Shown in pieces: positions 36,744 to 50,215 of a stretch of DNA of 64,000 nt. Origin of the DNA: an uncultured Acidimicrobiales bacterium (GTDB lineage Bacteria > Actinomycetota > Acidimicrobiia > Acidimicrobiales > JAHEJN01). Below the pieces are notes generated by a model. It made no database searches, had not been told where the DNA came from, and worked only from the letters and a program-made list of their open reading frames with translations. Every line of letters begins with the position of its first letter. Within the stretch, counting starts at the first letter, position 1. The translations under genes and the position numbers were made by a program. Location of the stretch: contig CAVOZP010000006.1 of NCBI GenBank assembly GCA_963700995.1, positions 69,544 to 133,543 of the forward strand, read 5' to 3'.

Positions 36744-39292
36744 TCACTCGTGGGCGATCGCGTCCAACACGTTGAGGCGAGCGGCCCGCCGCGCGGGGAA
36801 CGACGCGGCGACGAGTCCCGCGATCGTGGCGATGATGACGTAGATCACGAGCGTCGTCGTGGGGATCGCAAGCCGGTTGATGACCGACTCGGGGATGGCG
36901 AGAACGGCCAGCCACCCGAAGAGCAGACCCACCACGACGCCCAACAGTGCTCCGAACAGCGACACGATGGCGGCTTCGAGACGGATCATGACGCGTGTCT
37001 GTCGGCGGGTCATGCCGATCGCTCGCATCAGACCGATCTCTCGGGTCCGTTCGAGCACCGACAGCGCCATCGTGTTGGTGATGCCCAACAGTGCAATGAC
37101 GATCGCCAGCCCGAGGAATACGTTGATGATCACGAGGAACGAGTCGAGCGCACCCTCCAGTCGGTCGGTCCACTCCGACTGTGTCTCGAACTGCAGCTGG
37201 GGGAGTTCCGATTCGAGCGGCGCCAGCGCCGCGTCGGCGGTCGCCAGATCGACCCCTTCGGCCACCCGGGCCGAGATCACGCTGTCGTTCTGGGAGTCGA
37301 AGTTGGCGTCCCAGCTCGACAGGTCGACGACGTAGTGCCCGATGAGGAACTCGTTCTCGTAGATGGCCCCGACGGTGAGGGTCTGCACGCCGGTCGCTGC
37401 GAATTCGACGTCGATGGTGTCGCCGACAACCACGCCCTCGTCGTCAGCCGCTTCTTGCGACAAGACAATGGAGCGGGGCTCGGCACTGGCGGCCGGGTCG
37501 CCGGAGAGCACGCGAACGTCGAGCAAGTCGGTGAGCACCGTCAGATCGGTACCGGCAAGGCCCTTTTCCGCTCCCGTCGATGCGGATGTTGCCCCAGCGC
37601 ACCGCCGAGACCGTGTCGAACTCGGGGAGCTCGGCGACCTGTGCGGCGATCTGGTTGCTGAAGCCGACATCATCCTCCGAGGTGATCACGTAGTCGGCGA
37701 TCATCGTGGATCCGAGCTCGGATCTGAAGGTTGCTTTGAGCGACTCGGCGACCACGCTCGCCATGGCGATCAGAGCCAGCCCGATCATCAGGCCGGCGGC
37801 CGTGGAGGCAGTACGTTTGTTGTTGCGGGCCGCGTTCTCACGGGCCATGTGACCGGTGAAGCCGCTGCCGGGTACGTGCTCGAGTGGTGCACCGAGCAGC
37901 GACGCCGACGGGCTGGAGAACAGCGGCGCGTACATCGACACGGCCACGAATACCAGGACCGCGCCAACGCCGAGTGCCATCAGGAGCAGGGCGGTGTTGT
38001 CCGACCCGCCGAACAGGCCGTAGGCCATCGCGGCCACGCCGAGCACCGAGAGGATGATGGCGATGATCGTGCGGCGCGTGCCCTCGCCGGAGCCGAATCG
38101 GAAGCCGGACCGCATTGCGGCAATCGGTGGCACCTTGGCCGCGCGGCGGGCCGGTGCCAGCGAGGCGAGGAGGGTGACGCCGATTCCGACGATCAGCGCA
38201 ATGATGATGGTGCGCGAGGAGATGATGATGTCCATGCTCGGCAGGGTGAAGCCGAGGCTGTCCATGAGGCCGCGGAGACCGAGGGCAAGGAGCACCCCGC
38301 CGCCGAGGCCGAGCACCGAGGCGATCACGCCGACGACGATGGACTCGAAGATCGAGCTGAACCGCACCTGCCCTGAGCTCGCCCCGAGTGCCCGCAGCAG
38401 GGCGAGTTGGCGGACCCGCTGGCCGAGAATGATGTTGAAGGTGTTGCCGATGATGAACGTACTCACGAACACGGCCACCAGTGCGAACGCCAGCAGGACG
38501 GTACCGAAGATGTCAACGATGGCGGTGAAGTCTTCCTGGGCCTCGTCGACGACGACATCGCCGCTCACGGCTTCGACATCGGCGGGCAGCACCGCTTCGA
38601 GGCGATCGATCAACACATCGGGCTCGACGTCGGCGGCGATGTCGATGTACTGGACCAAGCCCTCGGTGCCGTCGAGCCGCTGAATCTCGTCGAGGCTGAA
38701 CGAGGCCATCACGGCTCCGGCCAGCCCGTTCTCCTCACCGAAGCTGTTGAGGCCGACGAGCTCGAACGGTTCGCGACCGTCGACCCCGACGATGTCGTAG
38801 GTCTCGCCCAACACGAAGCCCTCGCGTCGGCGGTGCCGACGTCGAGTGCGAACTCGTTCGGACCGTCGGGAATCCTTCCCTCCACGAGCGTCAGCGTGTC
38901 GAGAGAGGAGTCGCCCCAGTTGATCGCGAAGATCGGTGCGAGCACGTCGATGGTCGTGCCGTCGCCCTTCAAGGGAATGACCTTCAGGCTCGTCGTGATG
39001 GGGATGGCCTCACGGACGCCGTCGACGCTCTCGACGACCTCCAGGAGACCTTCGTCGAACGGGCGGTCGCTGAGATCGATCTCGGAGAATTCGTCGCGCG
39101 CGCGTGGACCTCCACGTCGACCTCCGCGTTGGCCTCCTCGATGATGGTGTCGAACGTGCGGGTGAGCCCATCGGTGAGGACGAAGGAGGCTACGACGAAG
39201 CTGACGCCGAGGAGCACGGCGAAGGTGGTCAGGGAGAATCGCAGCTTGTTGTGGGTCAGGCTGCGGATGCTGAGCTTGAACATCGTGCGCAT
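36744..39292 (-). CDS. ABC transporter permease with two FtsX domains (MacB-type), at least 3 frame breaks
   Basis: Pieces are track ORFs 38984..39292 (MRTMFKLSIRSLTHNKLRFSLTTFAVLLGVSFV), 38709..38972, 37444..38814 (..LRALGASSGQV..) and 36744..37673 (..MRAIGMTRRQT..SFPARRAARLNVLDAI). Confidence 0.8.
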
Positions 39293-39293
39293 G

Positions 39294-40013
39294 TCAGACC
39301 TCGAGTTCCTTGATCCGATCGAGCACCTGATCGGCGGTCGGCGACTCCAGCGTTCCGACCAGGGCGCCGTCTCGCAGGAAGATCACTACGTCGGCGTAGG
39401 AGGCGGCACCCGGGTCGTGGGTGACCATCACCACCGTCTGTCTCAGGTCGTCGACCGCGCGCCGCAGAAAGCCGAGCACCTCGTGGCCACTCTTGGAGTC
39501 GAGGTTGCCGGTCGGCTCGTCGGCGAAAATGATGTCCGGTTGCGACACCAGCGCGCGGGCGACGGCGACCCGTTGTTGTTGGCCGCCGGAGAGCTCGTCG
39601 GGATGGTGCTGCAATCGGTCGTCGAGCTGCAGGCTCTCGATCACCTGGTTGGCCCACATTTCGTCGGCCTCGCGGTTCCCGAGCAGCAGTGGGAGAAGGA
39701 TGTTCTCCTCCGCGGTCAGGGTCGGCACGAGGTTGAACGCCTGGAAGATGAAGCCGAGTCGCTGGCGGCGCAGCAGCGTCAGCTCTTTGTCGGACAGCTC
39801 CGAGATCAGCGTGTCGCCGACCCGTGCCTGGCCGTCGCTGACCGAATCGAGCCCGGCCATGCAGTGTAGAAGGGTCGATTTCCCGGAGCCCGACGGCCCC
39901 ATGATCGCGGTGAGCTTGCCCGATTCGAATCCGATGTCGACGTGGTCGAGGGCGACGACCTGGGTGTTGCCCTCGCCGTAGATCTTGGTGAGTCCATCGG
40001 CGCGTGCGGCCAT
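39294..40013 (-). CDS. ABC transporter ATP-binding protein
   Basis: Walker A GPSGSGKST, signature LSGGQQQRVAVARAL, Walker B IIFADEPTGNLD. Confidence 0.95.
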   Translation of the reverse strand: MAARADGLTKIYGEGNTQVVALDHVDIGFESGKLTAIMGPSGSGKSTLLHCMAGLDSVSDGQARVGDTLISELSDKELTLLRRQRLGFIFQAFNLVPTLTAEENILLPLLLGNREADEMWANQVIESLQLDDRLQHHPDELSGGQQQRVAVARALVSQPDIIFADEPTGNLDSKSGHEVLGFLRRAVDDLRQTVVMVTHDPGAASYADVVIFLRDGALVGTLESPTADQVLDRIKELEV

Positions 40014-40279
40014 CGTTCCCGGTCTGTCCGGTGGCTGCAGCGCGCCCGAGACCCTCCCGCATGGAGTCAGTCATGAGCGGTCCTTTCGCCATCTCCCAGT
40101 GCCGCATTTCCGGGCTTCGATCACCAGGGCACAAGGTCCTTGCGCCCATGGGCGATGACGGATCGAGGGCGCGAACCTCGTCGACCGTGCCATTGGTTCC
40201 CAGCGATGCCGTTCCTTGCGCGAGGTTCGATTGCAGCTTCCCTCAGCGAGGAACGTGTTACCGGTCCTGAGGGCCGCGA

Positions 40280-41488
40280 TCAGTTGCCGTGGCGGCTGCC
40301 CGGGTCGGTCCGGTATTCGCCGAACACCGCGGCGAAAGCCGACGCAGCGAGGTCCGGATCGTCCCACCGACCCGAAACCATGAGGTTGGCGGCCAGGGCT
40401 CCGATCGCGTCGGCGCTCTTGGCAGCGTGGCCGTTGCCGCCCATGGCGACAAACAGCCCGTCTTCGACCTGGTCCACGAACGGCAGGCCATGGACCGTGT
40501 CGGTGATCAGGCAGGGTTTCATGGTGAGGCTCTCGAAACTGACCTTGGGAAGCAGTTTCTCCAGGACCTCGCGGATCGAGTTGCGCTGTTCATCGGCAGC
40601 GTTTCCTGCCATCCACAGTCGCTTCGCTTCGGCGGTGGAGAGAGCATTTGCCGGTGAGTACGAGCCCCCCAGCTTCAGGTAGTAGTGGCCATCCGGATAG
40701 CGGACCGGCGGAACGAGATACACGTCGTCGTGGAGCGGATGGTCGAGGAGGTAGATCAAGGTGGGCAGGCCAGAGAGGCGTTTCGCCTCTTCGGGAGTGA
40801 CCCGCGCGAGCACTATCGCCTCGGGGACGACTCGGCCCGCCAGCGGATGGGGCAGCAGATCATTGAGATACGGCCCGGTGGCGATGAGCACCCGCTCGAC
40901 GTCGACCGGGCTGTCCCCGGCACACTCGACTCGGTAACGGCCGGATTGGCGACGGACCGCCGTGACCGATGTCCTGCGAACCGTGGCTCCCATCTGAAGA
41001 GCGACCGCCAGTTGTGCTTGGGCCATGCGGCGGGGATCGATGTAGCCGGCCGGGCCGGGCTCGTGCAGGAGCGTCCAACCCGACGGGAAAGCGAACTCGG
41101 GAAAGTCACCTCCCCTCTCGTCGGTGGAACCGATGGTGACCGGCAAATCGAGCTCGTCGATCACCAGTCGCTGGTTGGCGACGCCTGCGGTGTCGTTGCG
41201 GACGAACACATGCCCGACCGGATGATGAAAGGTGATTCCCGAGGCGGCTTCGATCACCGGGTACTGCTCGATCGACCGGCTCGCCAGCACGGCCCATTCC
41301 CGTCGAGCGTCGAGCCGTCGGGTCACTCGCCCCGAGTCGTAGTGGCTGGCGAAGGGACCGGTGTGGGTGGCCCAGACGTCGGGCTCGGCCGGTCCGATCC
41401 CGATGGCTGACACTCCCCGCTGAGAGAGATGACGCAGAGCAGCGCTTCCCATCAGGCCCAAGCCCACCACGGCCACGTCGAAGGTCAT
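40280..41488 (-). CDS. FAD-dependent oxidoreductase (sarcosine/N-methyltryptophan oxidase-like)
   Basis: Dinucleotide fold FDVAVVGLGLMGSAAL. The length and C-terminal ..GGNGHAAKS.. region fit the DAO family. Confidence 0.8.
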   Translation of the reverse strand: MTFDVAVVGLGLMGSAALRHLSQRGVSAIGIGPAEPDVWATHTGPFASHYDSGRVTRRLDARREWAVLASRSIEQYPVIEAASGITFHHPVGHVFVRNDTAGVANQRLVIDELDLPVTIGSTDERGGDFPEFAFPSGWTLLHEPGPAGYIDPRRMAQAQLAVALQMGATVRRTSVTAVRRQSGRYRVECAGDSPVDVERVLIATGPYLNDLLPHPLAGRVVPEAIVLARVTPEEAKRLSGLPTLIYLLDHPLHDDVYLVPPVRYPDGHYYLKLGGSYSPANALSTAEAKRLWMAGNAADEQRNSIREVLEKLLPKVSFESLTMKPCLITDTVHGLPFVDQVEDGLFVAMGGNGHAAKSADAIGALAANLMVSGRWDDPDLAASAFAAVFGEYRTDPGSRHGN

Positions 41489-41623
41489 CCAGCGACGTTA
41501 GGCCACTGCTCGGACGCCAGAGCGGCAGTCCACTGGCTCTACCTCGGCGTAGGAATAAGCGGCCGCCCGCAGGCGAGAATCGAATGAAGCTGGGTCGACC
41601 GGCCTCTGGAGAAGTCAGCGGAT

Positions 41624-42094
41624 CTAATGGAGCTGCCCGGTGATCACGTATGTCAGCACGTGGGAGACCTGCTCAGGCGTTTCTGCCACCGCAAATGCGG
41701 CTGCGTCGACCTCCTTGAGCGCGTGACGGTGCTCTTCGGGATGGAGAATGACGAGCGGCTTGCCGAGGGCCGCAGCAAAGCCGGCGTCGAACGCCGCGTT
41801 CCACTGCCGGTACTTCTCACCGAAACGCACGACGACGACATCGGCATCTTGGATCAGCGTGCGGGTCCTGATCGCATTGAGCTGCGCGCCCTTGCGGTCA
41901 TGCCAGACCGGGTCCGTCTCACCGCCGAGGATCTTGGCGCCGCAGTCGTCGGAGGCCTCATGATTCGTGACAGGCGACGAGTACACGACCGGTAGGCCTG
42001 CTTGCGCAGTCATCGACTGGATCTGCTCGCGCCAGTCGCTGTGGATCTCGCCCGACAGGTAGACGTTCCACATTTTCGTCACATCGTCCTCCAT
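41624..42094 (-). CDS. YtoQ-family (nucleoside 2-deoxyribosyltransferase-like) protein
   Basis: MWNVYLSGEIHSDWREQI..WHDRKGAQLNAIRTRTLIQDADVVVVRFGEKYRQWNAAFDAGFAAALGKP. Start is 42094 or 42073. Confidence 0.7.
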   Translation of the reverse strand: MEDDVTKMWNVYLSGEIHSDWREQIQSMTAQAGLPVVYSSPVTNHEASDDCGAKILGGETDPVWHDRKGAQLNAIRTRTLIQDADVVVVRFGEKYRQWNAAFDAGFAAALGKPLVILHPEEHRHALKEVDAAAFAVAETPEQVSHVLTYVITGQLH

Positions 42095-42152
42095 GGCCAG
42101 GGGTAATCGACCCTACCGGGAGTCTGGGCCACCGTTCTCTACGTCGTGTGTC

Positions 42153-42400
42153 TCACGGGTCGTAGGCGATCATCTCGCTCAGCTCAGGTTTTGGATACCA
42201 GGCGCCGGCCGCCATGACGCCGCGGAGCTCTTCGTCGATGTGGGGCACGTCTTCGAGCGGGTTGCCGCCAACCGGCAGGAGGTCGGCGTCCGGATCGGCG
42301 AGTACACGTCGCACCCTGATCAACCTCTCCTCCGGCCGGCACCGCGCCAGGAGCGTCGCCTTCCCCGGACAAATGGCCCGGTTCGGTCCGAACGGACCAG
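42153..42400 (-). pseudogene. C-terminal fragment of an amidohydrolase
   Basis: Only the tail ..ADPDADLLPVGGNPLEDVPHIDEELRGVMAAGAWY.. is recognisable, as the typical amidohydrolase C-terminus. Upstream codons of track ORF 42153..42971 are low-complexity. Confidence 0.4.
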
Positions 42401-42773
42401 AGGTCAAAGACCCCGTGCGCCCGACGGCTGCGCCGTAGCCTCGCTCGAAGCTTCGGAGCGAGGCTGTGTGGATCTCTTCAAGGCTCGAAGAAGCTCCGGA
42501 AGCAGACGAAGGCGCTGAGCAAGCAGGCTTTGGAGCAGTCCGGCGTGGATACAAGCCTGCGCCAGGTCGGAGTCCGTGCCACGGAGCGTCTCGTCTCGAT
42601 CCGGGACACGGGAATGACCTTGGGCGGTTCGGCGCTCGGCCACCACGTCGAGGGCTACGTCGAAGAGGTCGACGATCGCGTCCCCGTCGGAGAGCGCGCG
42701 CTGACGGTCGTCCCTCCGCCGCGGGACGCCGAGCGACATTGTGTGGCACCGAGCGGGGTGAGAGGGTTGGGGG

Positions 42774-45038
<2,265 letters not shown>

Positions 45039-45039
45039 G

Positions 45040-46268
45040 ATGAGCGAATTCACCGTCAAGCTCCCCGATGTCGGCGAAGGCGTGGCCGAGGCCGAGATCG
45101 TCGAGTGGCACATCGCGGTCGGCGACACCATCGACGAGGATGCGGTGATGGTCGACGTGATGAGCGACAAGGCGACGATCGAGCTGCCGTCGCCGGTCAG
45201 CGGCACGGTTCGGTGGATCGCCGGCGACGTCGGCGACGTGATCGCGGTCGGAGCAACCTCGTCGTGATCGACATCGACGACGGCGCGCCGAACGACGCCG
45301 ACGGCGGATCGCCGAGCCTCGCTCGACGCCATCACCGATTCGCCATCGCCGTCGAACGGGCAGGGTATCGCCGCCATCGGCGACGAGCGACACAGCGCCG
45401 GCCGACCGCTGCTCCCGCCGTTCGAGCGCGCGCCCGCGAGTCTCGACGTCGACCTCGGTTCGGTCACCGGCACCGGCCCCGACGGTCGCGTCACCCACCG
45501 CGACCTCGACGCCGTCCTTGGCTCCGCCACTCGGCACCCGCGCCACGCTCGGCATCAGCCGCTGGCGCACGACGGCGTCGACGAGGTGAAGGTCACCGGG
45601 CTGCGCAGGAACATCGCCGAGCGGATGCAGGCCTCGAAACGGCGGATTCCGCACTTCACCTACGTCGAGGAGGTCGACGTCACCGAGGTCGAGCGACTCC
45701 GGCATGAGCTGAACGCCGCGAGGACCGACGATCAGCCCAAGCTCTCACTGTTGCCCTTCCTGATGCGAGCGGTGGTCGTTGCGGTGCGAACCCATCCCGA
45801 CATGAACGCCCGTTTCGACGACGACGAGCTGGTGGTTCGCCGGCATCGGTCGGTCCATCTCGGCATCGCGGTGCAGACCGACCGCGGTCTGATGGTTCCC
45901 GTGGTCCACCACGCCGACACGCCTCGACGCTGTGGGCCAGCGCGAGCGAGGTTGCCCGCCTGGCCGAGGAGGCCCGCACGGCGCAAGATCTCCTCGATGA
46001 GCTCAGCGGTTCGACCGTGACGATCACCAGCCTCGGGGCACTGGGCGGTATCGTGTCGACCCCGGTGATCAACGCGCCCGAGGTCGCCATCGTCGGGGTC
46101 AACAAGATCGTCGACCGACCCGTCTACGTCGGCGACGACGCTCGTGCGGCGTCAGATCATGAACCTGTCGTCGTCGTTCGATCACCGGGTGATCGACGGC
46201 GCCGATGCTGCCGCCTTCGTGCAGAGATCAAGCAGAAGCTCGAGACCCCTGCCCTCCTGTTCATCTGA
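45040..46268 (+). CDS. dihydrolipoamide acyltransferase E2, several frame breaks
   Basis: Lipoyl domain ..VMVDVMSDKATIELPSPVSG... E3-binding ..VTGTGPDGRVTHRDLD... Catalytic ..RRIPHFTYVEEVDVTE.., ..TITSLGALGG.. and (in another frame) SSSFDHRVIDGADAAAF. Confidence 0.8.
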
Positions 46269-46342
46269 ACTGGGCCGGCAAAATCAGAAACCCATGTCAG
46301 CCTCGGGTGTCGCAGGCTGAGGGCCGCCACTACGGTAGGGGG

Positions 46343-46720
46343 ATGAACGAATCTCAGCCCGACAGTGACCTGCGTCCGAAAGAGCGCGTGATCAAGCGGC
46401 TGGCCGAGGAGGGCATGAGCGACTCGGAGATCGCGTGGAGGTTCAGGAGCTCGCCGGGCCACATCCAGCGAATTCTGCGGCTCATCGAGGTTCCCCGTTC
46501 GCCGCGTGACAGCGCCGCCCGGTCGGAGCCGACCGCCCTGGAGCGCACGGTGCTCAAGGCCCGTACACGGGGTGTGACCCACGCCGAGATCGGTGCTCGG
46601 ATGCGCCGCTCGCCCGGTTTCGTCGCTCGTGTCGAACGGTTCCGCGACCCTGCACGAAGAGCGGGGCTACACGTCCTGAAGGCTGGGGAGTACGAGAATG
46701 ACCTTCGGCACTTGCCGTGA
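46343..46720 (+). CDS. DNA-binding protein with two internal HTH-like repeats
   Basis: Internal duplication ERVIKRLAEEGMSDSEIAWRFRSSPGHIQRILRLIE / ERTVLKARTRGVTHAEIGARMRRSPGFVARVERFRD (sigma-70 region-4/LuxR-like). Confidence 0.5.
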   Translation: MNESQPDSDLRPKERVIKRLAEEGMSDSEIAWRFRSSPGHIQRILRLIEVPRSPRDSAARSEPTALERTVLKARTRGVTHAEIGARMRRSPGFVARVERFRDPARRAGLHVLKAGEYENDLRHLP

Positions 46721-46773
46721 GGGTGCGCCGCGCCGACGCTGAAGGGTAGGACAGCGAGCGAGAAGAGGCCGAC

Positions 46774-47698
46774 ATGACTCGGCTGAACCATCGGCGACTG
46801 GTCGCCACGGCGGCGGTCGCTTTCCTCATCGTCCTCACCGTGCCTGGCTGCGGGTCCGACGGCGTCGACCGCGCCGTCGAGCCGACCCCGACGGCCACTG
46901 TCGAGCCAACCGTGGAGCCCACTGCATTGCCGGAACCCACACCGGAGCCGTCACCGACCATGACGCCGACCCCCGACACGTCAGCCGCGAGCGTCGGCTG
47001 CGAGGCGGTGACCGTGGGCACCGGCGAGACGACGATTCCGGGTGAGCGCTGCGCATCCGACGAGTTGGTTTCCCCGCGGCCGGCAGTGATCGTGCTCAAC
47101 GGCTGTGGCGGCTACGAGTCCGACACCGAGATCACCGCCGCCCTCGTGCGCACGCTGGCCGAACGCGGCGTGGTCGCGCTGCGCATCGACTACCTGGCCG
47201 CCGAACCGGCACCCCCGGACACGTACTGCGAGGCCGGGCCGGTCATCGGTGCCGCCCAACCGCTCCTGCAGGCCATCGTCGACGGTGTGGCCACCCTGCG
47301 GGCCGACCCGTCGGTCGACCCCGATCGGATCGGTACCGCGGCCTACTCGCTCGGCGCGCTGGCCGCGATGGCGGCCGAGATCGGTGGCGGGGGACTCACC
47401 ACTGTCGAGCCCATCGGGCTCTCCGTCGCGGCGCTGCTGTCGTACCCCGACCAACTGCCGACCGTTCCGGCGGCGGCACGAGCCGGTCAGCTACCGCCGC
47501 TCTTGCTGATGACCGGTGAGGACGACACAACGGCACCCCCTTCCGACGCGAACACGCTGGCCGACGCGGCCACCGAGGGCGGGACGCCCGTCGATGTGAT
47601 CCTCGTGCCCGGCCAAGAGCACCCGTGGCGGGGTGAGGCCGCGCTCGACCGCCGCCGCGGTCATCGCCGACTACGTCGCCGCCCAGCTCGACGCCTGA
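46774..47698 (+). CDS. lipoprotein, dienelactone-hydrolase-like alpha/beta hydrolase, frame broken near 47650
   Basis: Lipobox LTVPGCGS, PT/PE linker, ..AVIVLNGCGGYE..AYSLGALAA..LLLMTGEDDTTAPP... The tail AAAVIADYVAAQLDA* ends at TGA 47696-47698. Confidence 0.65.
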
Positions 47699-47729
47699 GG
47701 CGTGCGAGGCCTATCGCAGTCGATCGATG

Positions 47730-48368
47730 TCACACCAGCGCACGCTCGATGAAGTCGCCGAACGCCTCGTGGTCGATGGTGATGTGGAGGTGCTCGCCTC
47801 GGCGCTGGATGTCGAGCGTCGGGCAGAAGAACTCGTGCCCATCGACGACGAAGTACGGCGAGCCCACCACGCCACGCGCCCTGCCCGCGGCGAGATCGGC
47901 TTCGGCAGCAGTCCGAGCGGCGGCATCGTCGGCGACGGTCACGCCATGATCGGCGGCAATGGAGGCAAGGACGTCGGGTCGGCCGATCGCCTTGCCCTGT
48001 TCGAACAGCGCGTCTCGTCTCGCGAGGCTGAATGCCTCGCCGATGTCGATTCCGTGTTGGTAGGCGAGCGTGGCCGTGCCGATGATGCCGATGGTGCTCT
48101 CCGGGAAGGCCGATGCTTCGAAGCCGATGAACAGGTCGTCGGCGACCTGGGCACGCAAGTCGTCGATCTCGTCGGCCACTGCATCGACACCGAGTGGATG
48201 GCCGTTGACCAGCTCGAGCGGCCAGGCGTGCACCCGGAGATGCACGTGATCGGCTCCGGCACGGGTGCGCCGGTCGACGAATCGCTTCAAGCTGAAGTGG
48301 GCGAAGGGACACGAGACGTCGGCGAAGACGTCGATGACCCGATCCTGTCGGTGGTTGGCATCACTCAC
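47730..48368 (-). CDS. DsbA-like thioredoxin-fold protein (single-Cys CPFA variant)
   Basis: VIDVFADVSCPFAHFSLKRF.., ..GSPYFVVDGHEFFCP... Confidence 0.7.
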   Translation of the reverse strand: MSDANHRQDRVIDVFADVSCPFAHFSLKRFVDRRTRAGADHVHLRVHAWPLELVNGHPLGVDAVADEIDDLRAQVADDLFIGFEASAFPESTIGIIGTATLAYQHGIDIGEAFSLARRDALFEQGKAIGRPDVLASIAADHGVTVADDAAARTAAEADLAAGRARGVVGSPYFVVDGHEFFCPTLDIQRRGEHLHITIDHEAFGDFIERALV

Positions 48369-48385
48369 GAGGCATCTCCGGTGGT

Positions 48386-50083
48386 CTAGGGCGGCGGCCG
48401 ACGCACGGCGAAGGTGTCGACGCCGTCACCGTTGTAGTCGCCGACGAGGAGCTGGTCACCGGCTCTGCCGTAGGCGATGACGGTCTGGGCGATGCCGGTC
48501 TGGAGGTCGTTGCGGATGAAGATGAGGTTGCCCCGGCGCACCGCGAAGGTGTCGACGCCGTCCTGGTTCCAGTCGCCGACGAGTACCTCGTCACCCGCTC
48601 TGCCGTACCCGAACACGACGTCGGCGATGCCGGTGGTGGGCGTGTTGCGGACGAAGAAGACGTTGCCGCGGCGCACGGCGAAGGTGTCCTGGCCGTTGCC
48701 GTTCCAGTCGCCGACGAAGATCTCGTCGCCGGCCTTCCCGTAGCCCAGGACCACGTCGGCAGGGCCCGACGCGATGGTGTTCTTCAGGAAGAAGATGTTG
48801 CCGCGGCGTACGGCGAGCGTGTCGGTGGCGTTGGCGTCCCAGTCGCCGACGTAGACGTCGTCGCCGGCCTTCCCGTACCCGACGACGGCAGAGACCGTGC
48901 CGAACTGGTTGGCGAGGCTGTACCTGTTGCCGGTTCGTGCTCCGAACCCATCGGCGCCGTTGCCGTCCCAGTCGCCGACGATGACCTGCTGGTCGGGACG
49001 GCTGAACAGGATCGCGTAGTCGGCGGGACCGGAAGCGATCCGGTTGGAGACGTAGATCCGGGACAACGATCCCTGTGCGAGATGCGGCACGGTCACGATC
49101 ACCCGGGCCGGCCCGGTGGCGGTGGTGACGGTCACGTCGGTCGGGGTGCTCAGACCGATGACCCACGTGAGCTGCGCTTCGAAGTCCTCGAGCTGGCTGG
49201 CCTGCGTCACGTTCACGCTCGGGCCGGTGACGGTCTCGGGGCCGGTGTAGGTCACCGAGAACGTGGCCGAAGCCCCGTCGCTCGGGCTGCGAGGCGTGCA
49301 TCCGCGCTGCAGGAAGCCGAAGAAGGCGGCGCAGCTTCCCCCGAATGCGTAGGTCGCCGACGTGACGTCGAGGAACTGGAACACGGTGGCATCGAGCTCA
49401 CGCAGCAGCGCCGCGCTTCCAGCACTCGAGCTGGCGTTCGGGATGAGGGTTGCCAGCGCCGGGTCGAAGTCGATCGTCGCGGCGCCACCGGGTGCGATGG
49501 TGGCCGAGAGCAACGCGTTGGCGGTCGCGCTCGAGAAGAACGATCCGAGGCCCGCTGCGGTGTCGCCGGCCGAAGGCCCGGCCAACAACTGCCCGATGGT
49601 GGCGGCGAGGATCTGGCTGCTGGTACCGGTCGACACCAGGCGTGCCGACGGGACGACCGGCTCGGTGACGGTCAGACCCTCGGAGCAGGTGAAGTAGGCG
49701 GCGACCGCCGTTTGGCCCGCCGACGGAGTGGGTGGCGGACCGAGCGCGTTGGCGCAGCTGGCGCCGAAGCTCGCCCCGCGTGCAGGGAACATCCGGAGGT
49801 TGATGAACGAGGCGCCGGGCACGGTCACGGCGTCGTCCGCGATCGTGACGAACGGTGGACCGCTGAAGGTCGCGTCGACGGTCGGCACAGCGTCGCCGGC
49901 GAAGGTGAACACGACCTCGTCGGCGGACCCGGTGTTCGACACGGTCACGTCGACGAGCGAGCTCTCGATCGTGCTGGTGCCGGGGAGGGTGACCGGCACA
50001 GTGGCGCTCGACGTCGTTGCTGCGACCAGAGCGGTCACCATGAGCACGGGAATCAAGAAGGCGGTACGTCGGACTGACTGCAT
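48386..50083 (-). CDS. secreted GerMN-like domain protein with the same 5-unit FG-GAP-like C-terminal module as 12720..15176
   Basis: Signal peptide MQSVRRTAFLIPVLMVTALVAATTSSA, with GGAGG upstream of ATG 50083. Middle region ..LLAGPSAGDTAAGLGSFFS..ATIDF... C-terminal GDWDGNG.., GDWDANATDTLAVRRGNIFF, GDWNGNGQDTFAVRRGNVFF, GDWNQDGVDTFAVRRGNLIF, GDYNGDGVDTFAVRR. Confidence 0.8.
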   Translation of the reverse strand: MQSVRRTAFLIPVLMVTALVAATTSSATVPVTLPGTSTIESSLVDVTVSNTGSADEVVFTFAGDAVPTVDATFSGPPFVTIADDAVTVPGASFINLRMFPARGASFGASCANALGPPPTPSAGQTAVAAYFTCSEGLTVTEPVVPSARLVSTGTSSQILAATIGQLLAGPSAGDTAAGLGSFFSSATANALLSATIAPGGAATIDFDPALATLIPNASSSAGSAALLRELDATVFQFLDVTSATYAFGGSCAAFFGFLQRGCTPRSPSDGASATFSVTYTGPETVTGPSVNVTQASQLEDFEAQLTWVIGLSTPTDVTVTTATGPARVIVTVPHLAQGSLSRIYVSNRIASGPADYAILFSRPDQQVIVGDWDGNGADGFGARTGNRYSLANQFGTVSAVVGYGKAGDDVYVGDWDANATDTLAVRRGNIFFLKNTIASGPADVVLGYGKAGDEIFVGDWNGNGQDTFAVRRGNVFFVRNTPTTGIADVVFGYGRAGDEVLVGDWNQDGVDTFAVRRGNLIFIRNDLQTGIAQTVIAYGRAGDQLLVGDYNGDGVDTFAVRRPPP

Positions 50084-50215
50084 CGGGGCCTCCTCTGTTA
50101 CGGCGACCCTCCACCAGCCGTGCGCGGGTGTCAAGGGTTGGAGGTCCCTGATCGGTCGCGCGATTCGGGTCAATAGGCCCTACAGCCACCCAACGATGGG
50201 TCGGAGACTGAACGC